Assembly (NCBI GenBank): GCA_938075155.1
Contig: CALJGL010000011.1
Coordinates: 78,992 to 142,991 of the forward strand
Source of the DNA: an uncultured bacterium
GTDB lineage: Bacteria > Planctomycetota > UBA8108 > UBA1146
Length of the DNA: 64,000 bases
Reading direction: 5' to 3'
Under the pieces are notes generated by a model. That model made no database searches and was not told where the DNA came from. It saw only the letters and a list, made by a program, of their open reading frames with translations. Both the position numbers and the translations under genes were made by a program. Of the stretch, positions 10,071-20,052 are shown piece by piece (within the stretch, counting starts at the first letter, position 1; the number at the start of each line of letters is the position of its first letter).

Positions 10071-11423
10071 CTATGCATTCTCGAATGCCAGAGATTCCGG
10101 CATTCTGGGATCTTTTTCCGCAATCAGTGAGTGCCCTCTGAGTGAGAGCGCAAGACCGATCAAGAAAAGACCGAGGAAACCAATCGGAATAGTGATGTCG
10201 ACCATCGTGAAGGGGAATTCTTCCCCACCGTTGATTTGTGGCATCACCAAGTAATACATGTCCGCCCATTGCATGATCAGTACCCAAATGGCAGCAACAG
10301 CCAGAATTGGGCGACTACGCTTGACATGCTTGGACATGATGAACAGGAATGGGATCAAGAATCGACCAATGATCAATAACCAGCCCCATGAACCCCACAG
10401 CATGTTCTCTTGTCTCCGTAAGAACCAAGCCGTCTCCTCTGGAATGTTGGCATACCAGTAGAGCATGTATTGGCTAAATGCGATGTAGGCCCAGAAAACG
10501 GTAAAGGCGAACATCATCTTTCCAATATCTTGCATGTGTTCGTCGCTGACAGCTCTGGTCAATCTGCCATTCGCTTGCAGCCAGATCACGATCAGTGCGA
10601 GGAATGCATGGAACGACAAAACGCTACCCCCGAAAAGGTACACTCCGAAAATGGTACTGAACCAATGCGCATCCAGACTCATCAGAATGTCGTAAGCGGC
10701 AAAGGTGATACTCATGGCAAACAAAATCAGACCCAGCGGACTGAAGTGCGCCATTCGAGTCGTTCTCTTTAGATCGCCATCTGCATCCTGCTGTACCGAG
10801 TTTTTGTGGTACCAAAAAGAAATACCGATCCAAATCAAAAAGTAGATCGCCATGCGAATCAGGAAAAAGTCGTAGTTCAGATAAGCTTCCTTCACCGCGA
10901 TAATCGAGTCGCCGGGATCGGGATGAATCCACTTATAGAGTTTGCCCATTTGCCCCGGCATAAGAATCGGGATAAACAACAGCCCCATCAAAACAAAGTT
11001 ACGGGAAACCGCTTCGGCTAATCTTCGCACCACCGTGCTCCAAGACGCCATCGTCACATGGTGAATCAGGACGAAGAAGATCGCTCCGAGACAGATGGCC
11101 AACAACCAAGATGCGCTGACGAGGTATGGATGCCAGACAGACCAGGTTGAAACGTAACCGTGGGCCATACCGTGATCGCCACCGGAGTGGTCAGCAGAAT
11201 GGTCAGCGGAGTGCGTGGGATCTGAAGAGTGGGCAGCTCCCCCTGCAGCATGGGGCTCTGAGTGACTATCGAAAGCACCTTCAAGATTTCCAAGAAGTAG
11301 TGTGCCTATCAATCCCAGAACAGCGAGAACGGCACCGAATCCGATCAACTGGCCGGAAAGTCCGCCCAAGCTGCGATTTTCGGTACTCAGATCTATGGTT
11401 TGCTTGTGTCCCATATCGATCAC
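10071..11423 (-). CDS. actF: Alternative complex III membrane subunit ActF
   Basis: WSTVVRRLAE, YLNYDFFLIR, MSLDAHWFSTIFG, WAYIAFSQYMLYWYANIPEET; position in the operon. Confidence 0.9.
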   Translation of the reverse strand: MIDMGHKQTIDLSTENRSLGGLSGQLIGFGAVLAVLGLIGTLLLGNLEGAFDSHSEPHAAGGAAHSSDPTHSADHSADHSGGDHGMAHGYVSTWSVWHPYLVSASWLLAICLGAIFFVLIHHVTMASWSTVVRRLAEAVSRNFVLMGLLFIPILMPGQMGKLYKWIHPDPGDSIIAVKEAYLNYDFFLIRMAIYFLIWIGISFWYHKNSVQQDADGDLKRTTRMAHFSPLGLILFAMSITFAAYDILMSLDAHWFSTIFGVYLFGGSVLSFHAFLALIVIWLQANGRLTRAVSDEHMQDIGKMMFAFTVFWAYIAFSQYMLYWYANIPEETAWFLRRQENMLWGSWGWLLIIGRFLIPFLFIMSKHVKRSRPILAVAAIWVLIMQWADMYYLVMPQINGGEEFPFTMVDITIPIGFLGLFLIGLALSLRGHSLIAEKDPRMPESLAFENA

Positions 11424-12151
11424 CTTCCCTCTTCAGGGGTGGCCGTGGAGCCGTCCTCGGAAGAGGAAGGTTTCTCCATGGACTCTAGCCGTTGCTTTTC
11501 CTCTGCGGGAATCTCAGCAACGTCAACAGACTGGCTGAACTGCAAGGCTTTGACATACGCCACGATGGCCCAACGATCTTCGACCGGGATCTGAGATCGA
11601 TAACCCGGCATCGTATTGATGCCATATCCAATGATGTTGAAGAGCTCTCCAATCGGATGGGCGAGACCCTTTTCCGAAGAAAGATCTGTCACAAGCCATG
11701 CACCGTAATCCGATACGGCTGTACGACGAGGTACGAGTCCATCCCCATGTCCAGAAATACCGTGACAGGGTGTGCAATAGATTCCGAAACGCTCTTCGCC
11801 TCTGGCTAACAGATCTGCATTGACCTTGACCTGAGAAGGGAACGTCGTTGCCCAGTCATCGCCATTGGTGCCCCAATTGTAATGTTTATCAGCATTCAGT
11901 TCACCGCGTGCAACAGTACCGGGAACGGGCAATCTCATCGCACGGTTGTCCCTATAGAAGGAATTCGCAGACTGAGTTTTAAACTTCTGTTGTTGGTCCA
12001 TGTCCAGAAACACATGGATTCTAGGAGTCCTCGATGTGCTGTATCGAGCTTTCGCCACGAGTACTGGTGGGATGAGTAGGAACATGTTGACCAATATGAT
12101 TGATCCAATGATCCAGCCCGGAACTTGTGTGTCCTTGATAGGAAGAGTCAT
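11420..12151 (-). CDS. actE: Alternative complex III monoheme cytochrome c ActE
   Basis: DMDQQQKFK, MRLPVPGTVARG, YCTPCHG, MPGY, DRWAIVAYVKALQ. Confidence 0.9.
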   Translation of the reverse strand: MTLPIKDTQVPGWIIGSIILVNMFLLIPPVLVAKARYSTSRTPRIHVFLDMDQQQKFKTQSANSFYRDNRAMRLPVPGTVARGELNADKHYNWGTNGDDWATTFPSQVKVNADLLARGEERFGIYCTPCHGISGHGDGLVPRRTAVSDYGAWLVTDLSSEKGLAHPIGELFNIIGYGINTMPGYRSQIPVEDRWAIVAYVKALQFSQSVDVAEIPAEEKQRLESMEKPSSSEDGSTATPEEGR

Positions 12152-12155
12152 TTGG

Positions 12156-12749
12156 CTACTCCTCGATCACTTCAATGGCGTTCGCCCCGATTCCACGTAG
12201 GAATCGAGCATTTGAATCTGCGTCAAATCTGCGATCGCGGGCTTCGATACTGATGAAAAATCTGTCGGCCGTGGCCCTACGGAAACGGTCACTCCGAAAC
12301 AACGGATTGAACATTCTCGGCAAGCCGTTGAGAGCAAGCATTCCGCCAAAAGCACCGAACGCACTCAAAAGAATGGTCAATTCGAACGCCACTGGAATAC
12401 TGGCAGGGATACTGAAAAATGGCTTACCACTGATCAGGAACGGATAACTGATTCCGTTCATCCAACCCTGCATCAACAGTCCTCCACAGAACCCCGTAAA
12501 TCCTCCACCGAGCACGATCCAGGGAAGAATCGTCGGACGGATTCCCATAGCCCCATCAAGGCCATGAACGGGATACGGAGTATGGCAATCCCAACGTTTG
12601 AATCCTTCGTCTCTGACTTTTTCTGCAGCAGACATCAGTTGGTCGGCAGTCTCAAACTCGGCAATCAACACCACTGGCTTAGGATCCACCGAACCTTCGG
12701 CGGTAATGGTGTCAAAAGCGGGTTCATGGGTCTTTGGTTCACTCATCAT
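12156..12749 (-). CDS. actD: Alternative complex III subunit ActD (DUF3341)
   Basis: HTPYPVHGLD, ISGKPFFSIPASIPVAFELTIL, DRFFISI. Confidence 0.9.
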   Translation of the reverse strand: MMSEPKTHEPAFDTITAEGSVDPKPVVLIAEFETADQLMSAAEKVRDEGFKRWDCHTPYPVHGLDGAMGIRPTILPWIVLGGGFTGFCGGLLMQGWMNGISYPFLISGKPFFSIPASIPVAFELTILLSAFGAFGGMLALNGLPRMFNPLFRSDRFRRATADRFFISIEARDRRFDADSNARFLRGIGANAIEVIEE

Positions 12750-12755
12750 TGACTC

Positions 12756-14252
12756 CTATGATCCAGCAGCCGGTGAAGGAGCGGATTCCGCATCTCCACT
12801 TTCGACAGGCTTTTCCGAGGGGGTTGAGTGAGCGGCATCTGCAATCACTCCCTTCACTTCACTCATTGCTATGAATGGGAGGAAGCGACAGAAGAGTGCA
12901 AACAACGTAAAGAACAATCCAAATGCGCCGATCATGATGCCGACGTCTGCCAGCTTGGGAGTGTAATAATCCCACGCAGCAGGAGTATAATCGTTCGCAA
13001 GACTGGTGACCGTGATCACGAATCTCTCGAACCACATACCAATGTTGACGAAGATGCTCACGACAAACATGATCCAGATATTAGTTCGAGCTTTCTTGAA
13101 CCAGAAAATCTGGGGAGAGATCACGTTGCAGGAAACCATGATCCAGTATGCCCAAGCGTATTGGCCAAATGCACGGTTCATGAATGCGAACTTTTCAACT
13201 TTAACTCCGCCATACCAGGCCATGAAAAATTCCTGCGCGTATGCGTAACCGACCAGCATTCCCGTCAGCATGATGACTTTATTCATATTCTCCAGGTGAC
13301 GGAGAGTAATGATCTCTTTCAGACCAAACAGCTGTCGTGCAGGCACGAGCAAGGTCACCACCATGGCAAATCCACTGAAGATCGCACCCGCAACGAAGTA
13401 AGGTGGGAAGATCGTCGTATGCCAACCAGCAACCTGTGAAACGGCGAAGTCGAAAGACACGACCGAGTGCACTGAAAGAACCAGCGGTGTCGCCAAGGAT
13501 GCCAACAGAAGGTAGGAACGCTCGTAAACATGCCACTGCCGGTTTGACCCAGTCCAACCCATGGAGAGCGCACCGTAAGCAAGACGTCGTATCCAATTGT
13601 TAGCACGATCTCTCACTGTGGCCAAATCTGGAACCATTCCCATGTACCAGAAGAGCAACGAAACCGTGAAGTACGTTCCTACAGCGAATACGTCCCAGAG
13701 CAATGGACTACGGAAGTTAGGCCAAAGTTCCATCTGGTTTGGCAACGGAAACATCCAGTATGCAAACCATGCTCGACCCACGTGGATTCCGGGGAACAAT
13801 CCCGCACACATGACGGCGAAAATAGTCATCGCTTCTGCAGCCCTATTGATCGAAGTTCGCCATTTTTGACGGAACAAGAACAAGATGGCTGAGATCAGCG
13901 TACCTGCGTGACCAATGCCCACCCAGAACACGAAGTTGACGATAGCGTATCCCCAGCCCACAGGGTTATTGACCCCCCAGACTCCCACTCCCCAAAAGAT
14001 AAGGAACGGAACGAAAACACCGAGAAGTCCCAATACTGAAAGCGAAAGAAGGAAGAACATGACCCAACCAAATGTGGGTTTGTCTTCGAGAATCCCGCAA
14101 ACTTTATCCGTGATCGTAGTGTTGTCATTCTCTCCAGTAATCCAAGGCTGACGCTCTACAGGAGAATACGACGTGTTGTCGATCTCCTGGCTCTGAGCAT
14201 TGCCGAGAATCTCGGGTCGAATGAAGGGAATCTTTTCGAGGAGATGCTTCAT
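12756..14252 (-). CDS. actC: Alternative complex III quinol-oxidising subunit ActC (NrfD family)
   Basis: [71 protein letters not shown]. Confidence 0.95.
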   Translation of the reverse strand: MKHLLEKIPFIRPEILGNAQSQEIDNTSYSPVERQPWITGENDNTTITDKVCGILEDKPTFGWVMFFLLSLSVLGLLGVFVPFLIFWGVGVWGVNNPVGWGYAIVNFVFWVGIGHAGTLISAILFLFRQKWRTSINRAAEAMTIFAVMCAGLFPGIHVGRAWFAYWMFPLPNQMELWPNFRSPLLWDVFAVGTYFTVSLLFWYMGMVPDLATVRDRANNWIRRLAYGALSMGWTGSNRQWHVYERSYLLLASLATPLVLSVHSVVSFDFAVSQVAGWHTTIFPPYFVAGAIFSGFAMVVTLLVPARQLFGLKEIITLRHLENMNKVIMLTGMLVGYAYAQEFFMAWYGGVKVEKFAFMNRAFGQYAWAYWIMVSCNVISPQIFWFKKARTNIWIMFVVSIFVNIGMWFERFVITVTSLANDYTPAAWDYYTPKLADVGIMIGAFGLFFTLFALFCRFLPFIAMSEVKGVIADAAHSTPSEKPVESGDAESAPSPAAGS

Positions 14253-14255
14253 CGT

Positions 14256-17200
14256 CTAGCCCTCCTTCTTCTCACCGGAATCATCACCTTCTGGCGACAT
14301 TTCTCCGGGATTTTTGAGCTGGGCCAAATAACTTGTCCGCGGACGAACGTTGAGTTCCGCCAACATCTTGTAAGACCGGTGCGACTTCTGTGTCATGGCT
14401 ACTTGGCTTTCTGGATCAGAAAGGTCTCCAAATGATATGGCACTGGTCGGACAGGTCTGAGCACAAGCAGGAACGACGTCTCCATCTTTGAGATCACGTC
14501 GATCATTGTGTGCCGAAATCTTAGCTTTGTTGATGCGCTGAACACAGTATGTGCACTTCTCCATAACCCCTCGACCACGGATTGTCACCGTGGGGTTATA
14601 GCCCATTTGCTCTGTCTTACTGGGTTCATGAGTGTTGTTGTAGTAGTTGAAACGGCGAACCTTATATGGACAGTTGTTACTGCAGTATCGGGTTCCGATA
14701 CAGCGGTTGTAGACCATGTCATTCAGGCCCTCTTCGTTGTGCACAGTAGCAGCAACGGGACAGACCTGTTCACACGGTGCATTTTCGCACTGATTACAGG
14801 TCATCGGCTGGTGAATCATTTCCGGATTCTCAACATCTTCACCACGGAAGTAGCGATCGATACGCATCCAGTGCATTTCACGTCCGGTTGCCACCTCGTC
14901 TTTACCGACAACAGAAATGTTATTCTCTGCTTGGCAGGCGATGACACAAGCACTGCATCCGGTACAGACATTCAAATCAATCGACATCGCCCACTTGTGT
15001 GACTTGTATTCATGATCAGGGAAGAGGCTCTTCAACGGAGGATGATGCGGCCCCGCGTCTTTAACAGCCTGCCCCACCTCTGAAAGGTCTGGAGAAAAAC
15101 CGGTCTCAACAGTACGGGCAAACTCACCCACCCTGTCCAATTCGGCTTCACGCTGGAGATCGCCCATGAAGGCTTCAGGACGAATCGGATTATGGTCCTG
15201 AGTCGTGGCGAGAACATACTCTCCATCGCCTCTGGAAACTGTGACCGAAGCGAATCCTTGCTTCACAGCATTTTCTGACCGCAGCTTGTAGGTATCAAAA
15301 CCAACGCCATCTGCAATCTGGTAAATCATCGGTTTTCTGGAAAGACGCCCTGCAGCACGATCGGCCAGCAATCGTCCGTATCCCAGCGAGACGGCAATGG
15401 TTTGTTCGTTTTGTCCAGGCAGCACGAAGGCAGGCATTTGAAGGTCTATTCCCTCTACCACCAGCTTCAGCATGTCACCGTTCTTCACTCCGAGGCTATT
15501 TGCTTTCTTCGGAGAAACGATGGCGCAGTTATCCCAGGTGACCTTTGTCATGGGATCCGGGAGTTCCTGAAGCCAACCATTATTGGCATATCGACCATCA
15601 AAGAGTGAATGGTCTTGGAGGAAAACGATTTCGTCTCCGCCTGGGGATTGAATGGCTCGCTGAAGCCCAGCACCCCAACCACCTTTAATCGCACCGGGAG
15701 CCTTGTCGACAGTATTCGACGTCCCCCCGATGAATCCATCATGAATCCACTTCCTCCACGATTCCTCGAAATCGGAATCGGCATTACCTGAAAGAATCTC
15801 TCGGGTAATGTTGTAACCAGAACGAGGAGAATCCTCGATCAGGATACTCATGAACTCGACGGAACTACGCCCAGCATAAAGAGGTTCGATCAAGGGTTGC
15901 TGAAGCGTAATCGTTCCATCCCAGGAACGACAGGCACCCCATTGCTCAAGGAAGTGGGTGGTATTCATATGCCACGCACATGCTTTCCCAGTTTCATCCT
16001 TGTACTCGCCCAAATGGATCGACGAAGGCACTTCACTGATCAGTGTCTTCCAAGTTTCGCCACTCATCTTCGGAGCGTCGTAAACAGGGTTCGCACCTAG
16101 AATAATCAAATGCTCCAACTCGCCGGACTTGATCCTTGTTGCGAGTAGTTCGAGATCTTCCAAGTGAGAAGGACGTGATGGGTATCTCACCTCTGCATAC
16201 TCAAGAGGCTTACCACTCCCGACAGCACCCAAGCCCGACACATTGATCGCGTGAACCAATGCATGCACCTCAGGCGGCTGACGATCCCCCGCCATCACCA
16301 GAGCGTTGCCACCCTGAGATTTGAGGTCCGCGGCCATTTTAAGGATTCGATCATCTGGGACTCCAGCGGAGGCCACGACATTGGCAATATCAGAAGGGAG
16401 ATCCACTTCGAGAGCTTTGGCCAGTTGGGCCACCATTCTCGGGATATCCGAAGATTTTGCCGTGATGTGAATGTCTGCAGCACCGCCAGTGATGGAGTAG
16501 GAACTCTCGACAACATAAACCCTGCTGATGCTGGCCTCGTCGTCATCCGCCGAAAGTCTCATGGCTGCCCAGCCGGCACTATGAGACAAATTGGCGGGGT
16601 GAGTCATCAAAGGATCGGCGTCGAAACAGGCGAGTACTTTTGCTTTAGAAAGATCCGCGACAGGTCTCTGAGGCGAACCGAAAGCCTGCCCCGTACCCAG
16701 TCTTTCCGAATCCCTGTTCAAGGGCGCCCATTCATGCCAACTACCACTCTTGAACTGGCGCATGAATTTCTTGCGCATTCCATCGAGCGGCAGTGACGAT
16801 GTGGGAGCCGCCAAAATAGCAATCTTAGTTGCGGATTTGACTTCGCTCAACTTGAGCATCGCTTCGTCCCATGTCGCATTAATGCTCTTACCATCTACCA
16901 TTTGAGATGGTTGCTTACTGCGACCGGGGTCATAGAGGTTTAGCACGCTGGCTTGCATCTGAGACGTTGCCGTCCCGCTGCATGCCGGATGATCGCCATT
17001 GCCATCCACTCGGATGGGTCGACCATCAAAACTCGTGACTAAAACTCCTTCCGCCACTTCCTGCTGTTCCCAACACGAAGCGTAAGCTTCAGGAACGCCA
17101 GGGATTTGACCTTCAGGACGACTGGTGTGTGGCAAGATCGCCTCACGCGGCCAGCGACATCCGGCAAGTCCCCCAGCGAGAGCCACGGAGGCTCCCATGA

Positions 17201-17366
17201 CCTTGAGGAAGTGACGCCTCGAGGTGGAGTTGAATAATTCTGGAGCATGGTTCGGGAATTCTTTGTGAACCAACTCGCGAAATTCGGGGGTATCAGCGTA
17301 ATCTTCAAGACTACGCCAAAGTGTTTTCCCCGAGCCATTTTCGATCATTTTGTTTATCGATGACAT
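14256..17366 (-). CDS. actB: Alternative complex III subunit ActB (molybdopterin-oxidoreductase-like plus Fe-S domain)
   Basis: WRSLE...SRRHFLKVMGAS Tat motif with LAGC lipobox; NNGWLQELPDP; CTGCSACVIAC, CNQCENAPCEQVCP, CIGTRYCSNNCPY, KCTYC. Confidence 0.95.
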   Translation of the reverse strand: MSSINKMIENGSGKTLWRSLEDYADTPEFRELVHKEFPNHAPELFNSTSRRHFLKVMGASVALAGGLAGCRWPREAILPHTSRPEGQIPGVPEAYASCWEQQEVAEGVLVTSFDGRPIRVDGNGDHPACSGTATSQMQASVLNLYDPGRSKQPSQMVDGKSINATWDEAMLKLSEVKSATKIAILAAPTSSLPLDGMRKKFMRQFKSGSWHEWAPLNRDSERLGTGQAFGSPQRPVADLSKAKVLACFDADPLMTHPANLSHSAGWAAMRLSADDDEASISRVYVVESSYSITGGAADIHITAKSSDIPRMVAQLAKALEVDLPSDIANVVASAGVPDDRILKMAADLKSQGGNALVMAGDRQPPEVHALVHAINVSGLGAVGSGKPLEYAEVRYPSRPSHLEDLELLATRIKSGELEHLIILGANPVYDAPKMSGETWKTLISEVPSSIHLGEYKDETGKACAWHMNTTHFLEQWGACRSWDGTITLQQPLIEPLYAGRSSVEFMSILIEDSPRSGYNITREILSGNADSDFEESWRKWIHDGFIGGTSNTVDKAPGAIKGGWGAGLQRAIQSPGGDEIVFLQDHSLFDGRYANNGWLQELPDPMTKVTWDNCAIVSPKKANSLGVKNGDMLKLVVEGIDLQMPAFVLPGQNEQTIAVSLGYGRLLADRAAGRLSRKPMIYQIADGVGFDTYKLRSENAVKQGFASVTVSRGDGEYVLATTQDHNPIRPEAFMGDLQREAELDRVGEFARTVETGFSPDLSEVGQAVKDAGPHHPPLKSLFPDHEYKSHKWAMSIDLNVCTGCSACVIACQAENNISVVGKDEVATGREMHWMRIDRYFRGEDVENPEMIHQPMTCNQCENAPCEQVCPVAATVHNEEGLNDMVYNRCIGTRYCSNNCPYKVRRFNYYNNTHEPSKTEQMGYNPTVTIRGRGVMEKCTYCVQRINKAKISAHNDRRDLKDGDVVPACAQTCPTSAISFGDLSDPESQVAMTQKSHRSYKMLAELNVRPRTSYLAQLKNPGEMSPEGDDSGEKKEG

Positions 17367-18055
17367 GTGGAACAGTTCGTCAGGAGGGTCATTCTAACAG
17401 TCGGCTCACCGTCTGCGTCGTACAACCCCAGGCCCTTCAAGATTTCGATCCCTTGCACTTCTTTTTCTTCCTGGGTCCGATCAAGCCCCCAGTCCAGATC
17501 TGTAACTTTGTCAACAGGTCGCACTCGCCCCACAGGGTTGCGGTGACAATCGAGACACCAACCCATACTGAGAGGTGCAACTTGTTCAACCTCTACCATA
17601 CGATCCACGCGACCATGACACTCAACACAAGACACTCCGCGTGTCACATGAGCACTGTGATTGAAATACACATGATCAGGAAGATCGTGCACCTTAATCC
17701 ACTCGACCGGTAAACCGGTTTCAAACGAATGACGAATGGGCTTCAGCTTATTGCTGGTCGGTGCAACATTCTGATGGCAATTCATGCAGGTCGCTGTTGG
17801 AGGAACAGCCGCGAAGCCTGTCTTCTCAACAGTGTTGTGACAGTACCTGCAATCCATCCCCAATTCACCGACATGCAATTCATGACTGTAGGGAACTGGT
17901 TGCTCAGGCATATATCCTGCATTGAGTGTTTTTGGTGAAGCACCAAAGTAAATCATCAGGACAACATACAGTCCGGAGACACCGGCACCTGCACCTATCA
18001 ATTTGATAAGAGTATCCACCCAGGGAGGGAAGATGGGGGATCGCATCGTGGTCAC
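17354..18055 (-). CDS. actA: Alternative complex III pentaheme cytochrome c ActA
   Basis: N-terminal TM helix, PEQPVPYSH, five CxxCH sites (CRYCH, CMNCH, CVECH, CLDCH, CSTCH). Start is GTG 18055 after AGGAGG, or ATG 18046. Confidence 0.93.
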   Translation of the reverse strand: MTTMRSPIFPPWVDTLIKLIGAGAGVSGLYVVLMIYFGASPKTLNAGYMPEQPVPYSHELHVGELGMDCRYCHNTVEKTGFAAVPPTATCMNCHQNVAPTSNKLKPIRHSFETGLPVEWIKVHDLPDHVYFNHSAHVTRGVSCVECHGRVDRMVEVEQVAPLSMGWCLDCHRNPVGRVRPVDKVTDLDWGLDRTQEEKEVQGIEILKGLGLYDADGEPTVRMTLLTNCSTCHR

Positions 18056-18254
18056 GCTTTTCCTCCTGCCCGACTGACTTCTGGGTTTTGCCTTACCCAA
18101 CATCAATCGCTGCGAAAATGTCTTATGGCGCATCCAGTCTGGAAAAAATTCCAACCCGCTTGTCCCCGAAACCCCCGGAGCACGGATACGACTGCCGCAT
18201 GCACTTGTCAGGCTAGCAACAGAGAAGAACTAGGCAAACGATCTCACCTATTAA

Positions 18255-19724
18255 TCAGGAAGTTTTTCGAATAGTAGAACTGGCCCCCGATAGCCCTTTT
18301 TCGGATATCAATCCTTCATGGTAGGTCCAGCTCAGCAGAAGTCCGGCCAGTGTCAGCAAGATGGCTCCTAGAGATTGGTGCGCCGTGGCCACCAATGTCT
18401 CTTCAATTCCACTGGAAGCCACCCGGACTGTGGATCCTGTGACCGCCAATGCATAAAAGCCTAAAGTGACCTGAACAGCGGCGATAACACCCAACCAAAC
18501 GCCTATTTTGACTCTTGGAGCGGGCATTCCGGCCTGGGAGCAACGCGCACTCACAAGAAAGACGAGACCCAAAACCACGAATGCTCCCACGATATGCGGG
18601 ATCATCCAATCCCTCGAAATATGTCGAGAGAGAGCCCCTAGCGTCAGCTGACTGGTCAATCCCGCCAATAGCAAGAATGACCAGAATCTCTCATTTCTGG
18701 GGATATGGCCTTCGACGGGGTTATTCCAGACCTTTGAGGTCAAGAGCCACAAGACCGCTGTCAGGGCGAGAAACAACTGACCGTCGACTCCGTGGAAAAC
18801 TCTCAAGGCTAGACTCAAGCCAGATTCCTGCACTTGAGCCACTTGCCCCTCCACGACGATGGCAGACTCGACCTCTGTCACGCGTCCTCCCCCGAGAATC
18901 CCCTGAAAGATGACCTGAATGACGGCGAGACTGGCCAAAATTCGTAGGTTTTTCGGGGATCGGAACAAGAATACGCAGACCCCAAACGAGAGGGTCACCA
19001 GACCCACGAGAGTCCCATACAATCGGTGAGCATGTTCGTAGTAAATCCCTCCAGTCATTCGAGATAGAGGCAATAGGAACATGTTTTCACCAAAGGAAGC
19101 GGGCCAATCAGGAACCGCCATTCCCGCTTCTTCACTCGTCACCAATCCGCCGATGGCAATCATCACCATACTGGCGACGAAGGTAGAGGCTCCTAGCCAA
19201 CGCAACCCTTCTCCCCTCGAACAGATTTCAACTTCTAATTTTTGAGAACTGACGGTCCATGCGCCAAGCGTCGACAGAAGGCAGAGGGAGGTAAATAATC
19301 CGGTCAGGGCCATCACCGTCCGGCGAGCATCGGATAAATCCTCCGCCAAAAATGAGCCGAGAACCAATAAATCAAAGGTTCCTGCCACAAGAGCCGCATA
19401 CAGAGCACAAGCCAGATGTCGAGGATGCCGACGCGCTGCCTGGCGGCCGCCCCAGACCATGATGACGGCCAAAACCCCAAATAACAAAGCGGGATGTGCC
19501 TGTATAAAGGGCAAACGGGCAATAAATCCCGAGGTCCACATGGCCACTGCAGTGGCCACACCGACGGGAAACGCCGCTTCAAAGAGGCTGGAAGGTGCTC
19601 TCCGGTACTCCAAGGTATCTCTCGACATGACCAACGACCTCCCTCTAAACAGCCAAATTTGGCTGTTTCTGTCCAAAATACAATAAGGACCCTCAGGTGC
19701 GGCTTTCTTTTCTTTCAGAACCAC
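18255..19724 (-). CDS. ctaA: Heme A synthase (COX15/CtaA family) with an extra N-terminal membrane domain
   Basis: GGLVTS..AGMAVPDWP, YEHAHRL, FHG, HIVGA and AHQ His motifs. Start uncertain. Confidence 0.8.
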   Translation of the reverse strand: MVLKEKKAAPEGPYCILDRNSQIWLFRGRSLVMSRDTLEYRRAPSSLFEAAFPVGVATAVAMWTSGFIARLPFIQAHPALLFGVLAVIMVWGGRQAARRHPRHLACALYAALVAGTFDLLVLGSFLAEDLSDARRTVMALTGLFTSLCLLSTLGAWTVSSQKLEVEICSRGEGLRWLGASTFVASMVMIAIGGLVTSEEAGMAVPDWPASFGENMFLLPLSRMTGGIYYEHAHRLYGTLVGLVTLSFGVCVFLFRSPKNLRILASLAVIQVIFQGILGGGRVTEVESAIVVEGQVAQVQESGLSLALRVFHGVDGQLFLALTAVLWLLTSKVWNNPVEGHIPRNERFWSFLLLAGLTSQLTLGALSRHISRDWMIPHIVGAFVVLGLVFLVSARCSQAGMPAPRVKIGVWLGVIAAVQVTLGFYALAVTGSTVRVASSGIEETLVATAHQSLGAILLTLAGLLLSWTYHEGLISEKGLSGASSTIRKTS

Positions 19725-20052
19725 AGTTCATCTAAGGAGTTGTTGTAGGGAGAGGCAAGGGAAAGCACCGTAGGAAAAAGATGTGACGAACACTTCAATA
19801 CACCCCTGATAAGTGAGAAGATAGAAGAGTTAGAAAATATGAGACGGCAAGTATTTGACTTTTGGAATACACCCAGTGTTTTCAAATAATGTGATCTGTT
19901 TGTCGGTTGAAGAACCCTCTAGTGGGTACCTATTGAGTGCATCATCAGTTAATCATGTGCGAATCTCATGATATGGCTCTGTAATTTGTCATAAACCCTT
20001 GGGTTATTTTAGGACCCAAGGAATTTTGAAGCCCGCTTGAAAGGAATGGACC

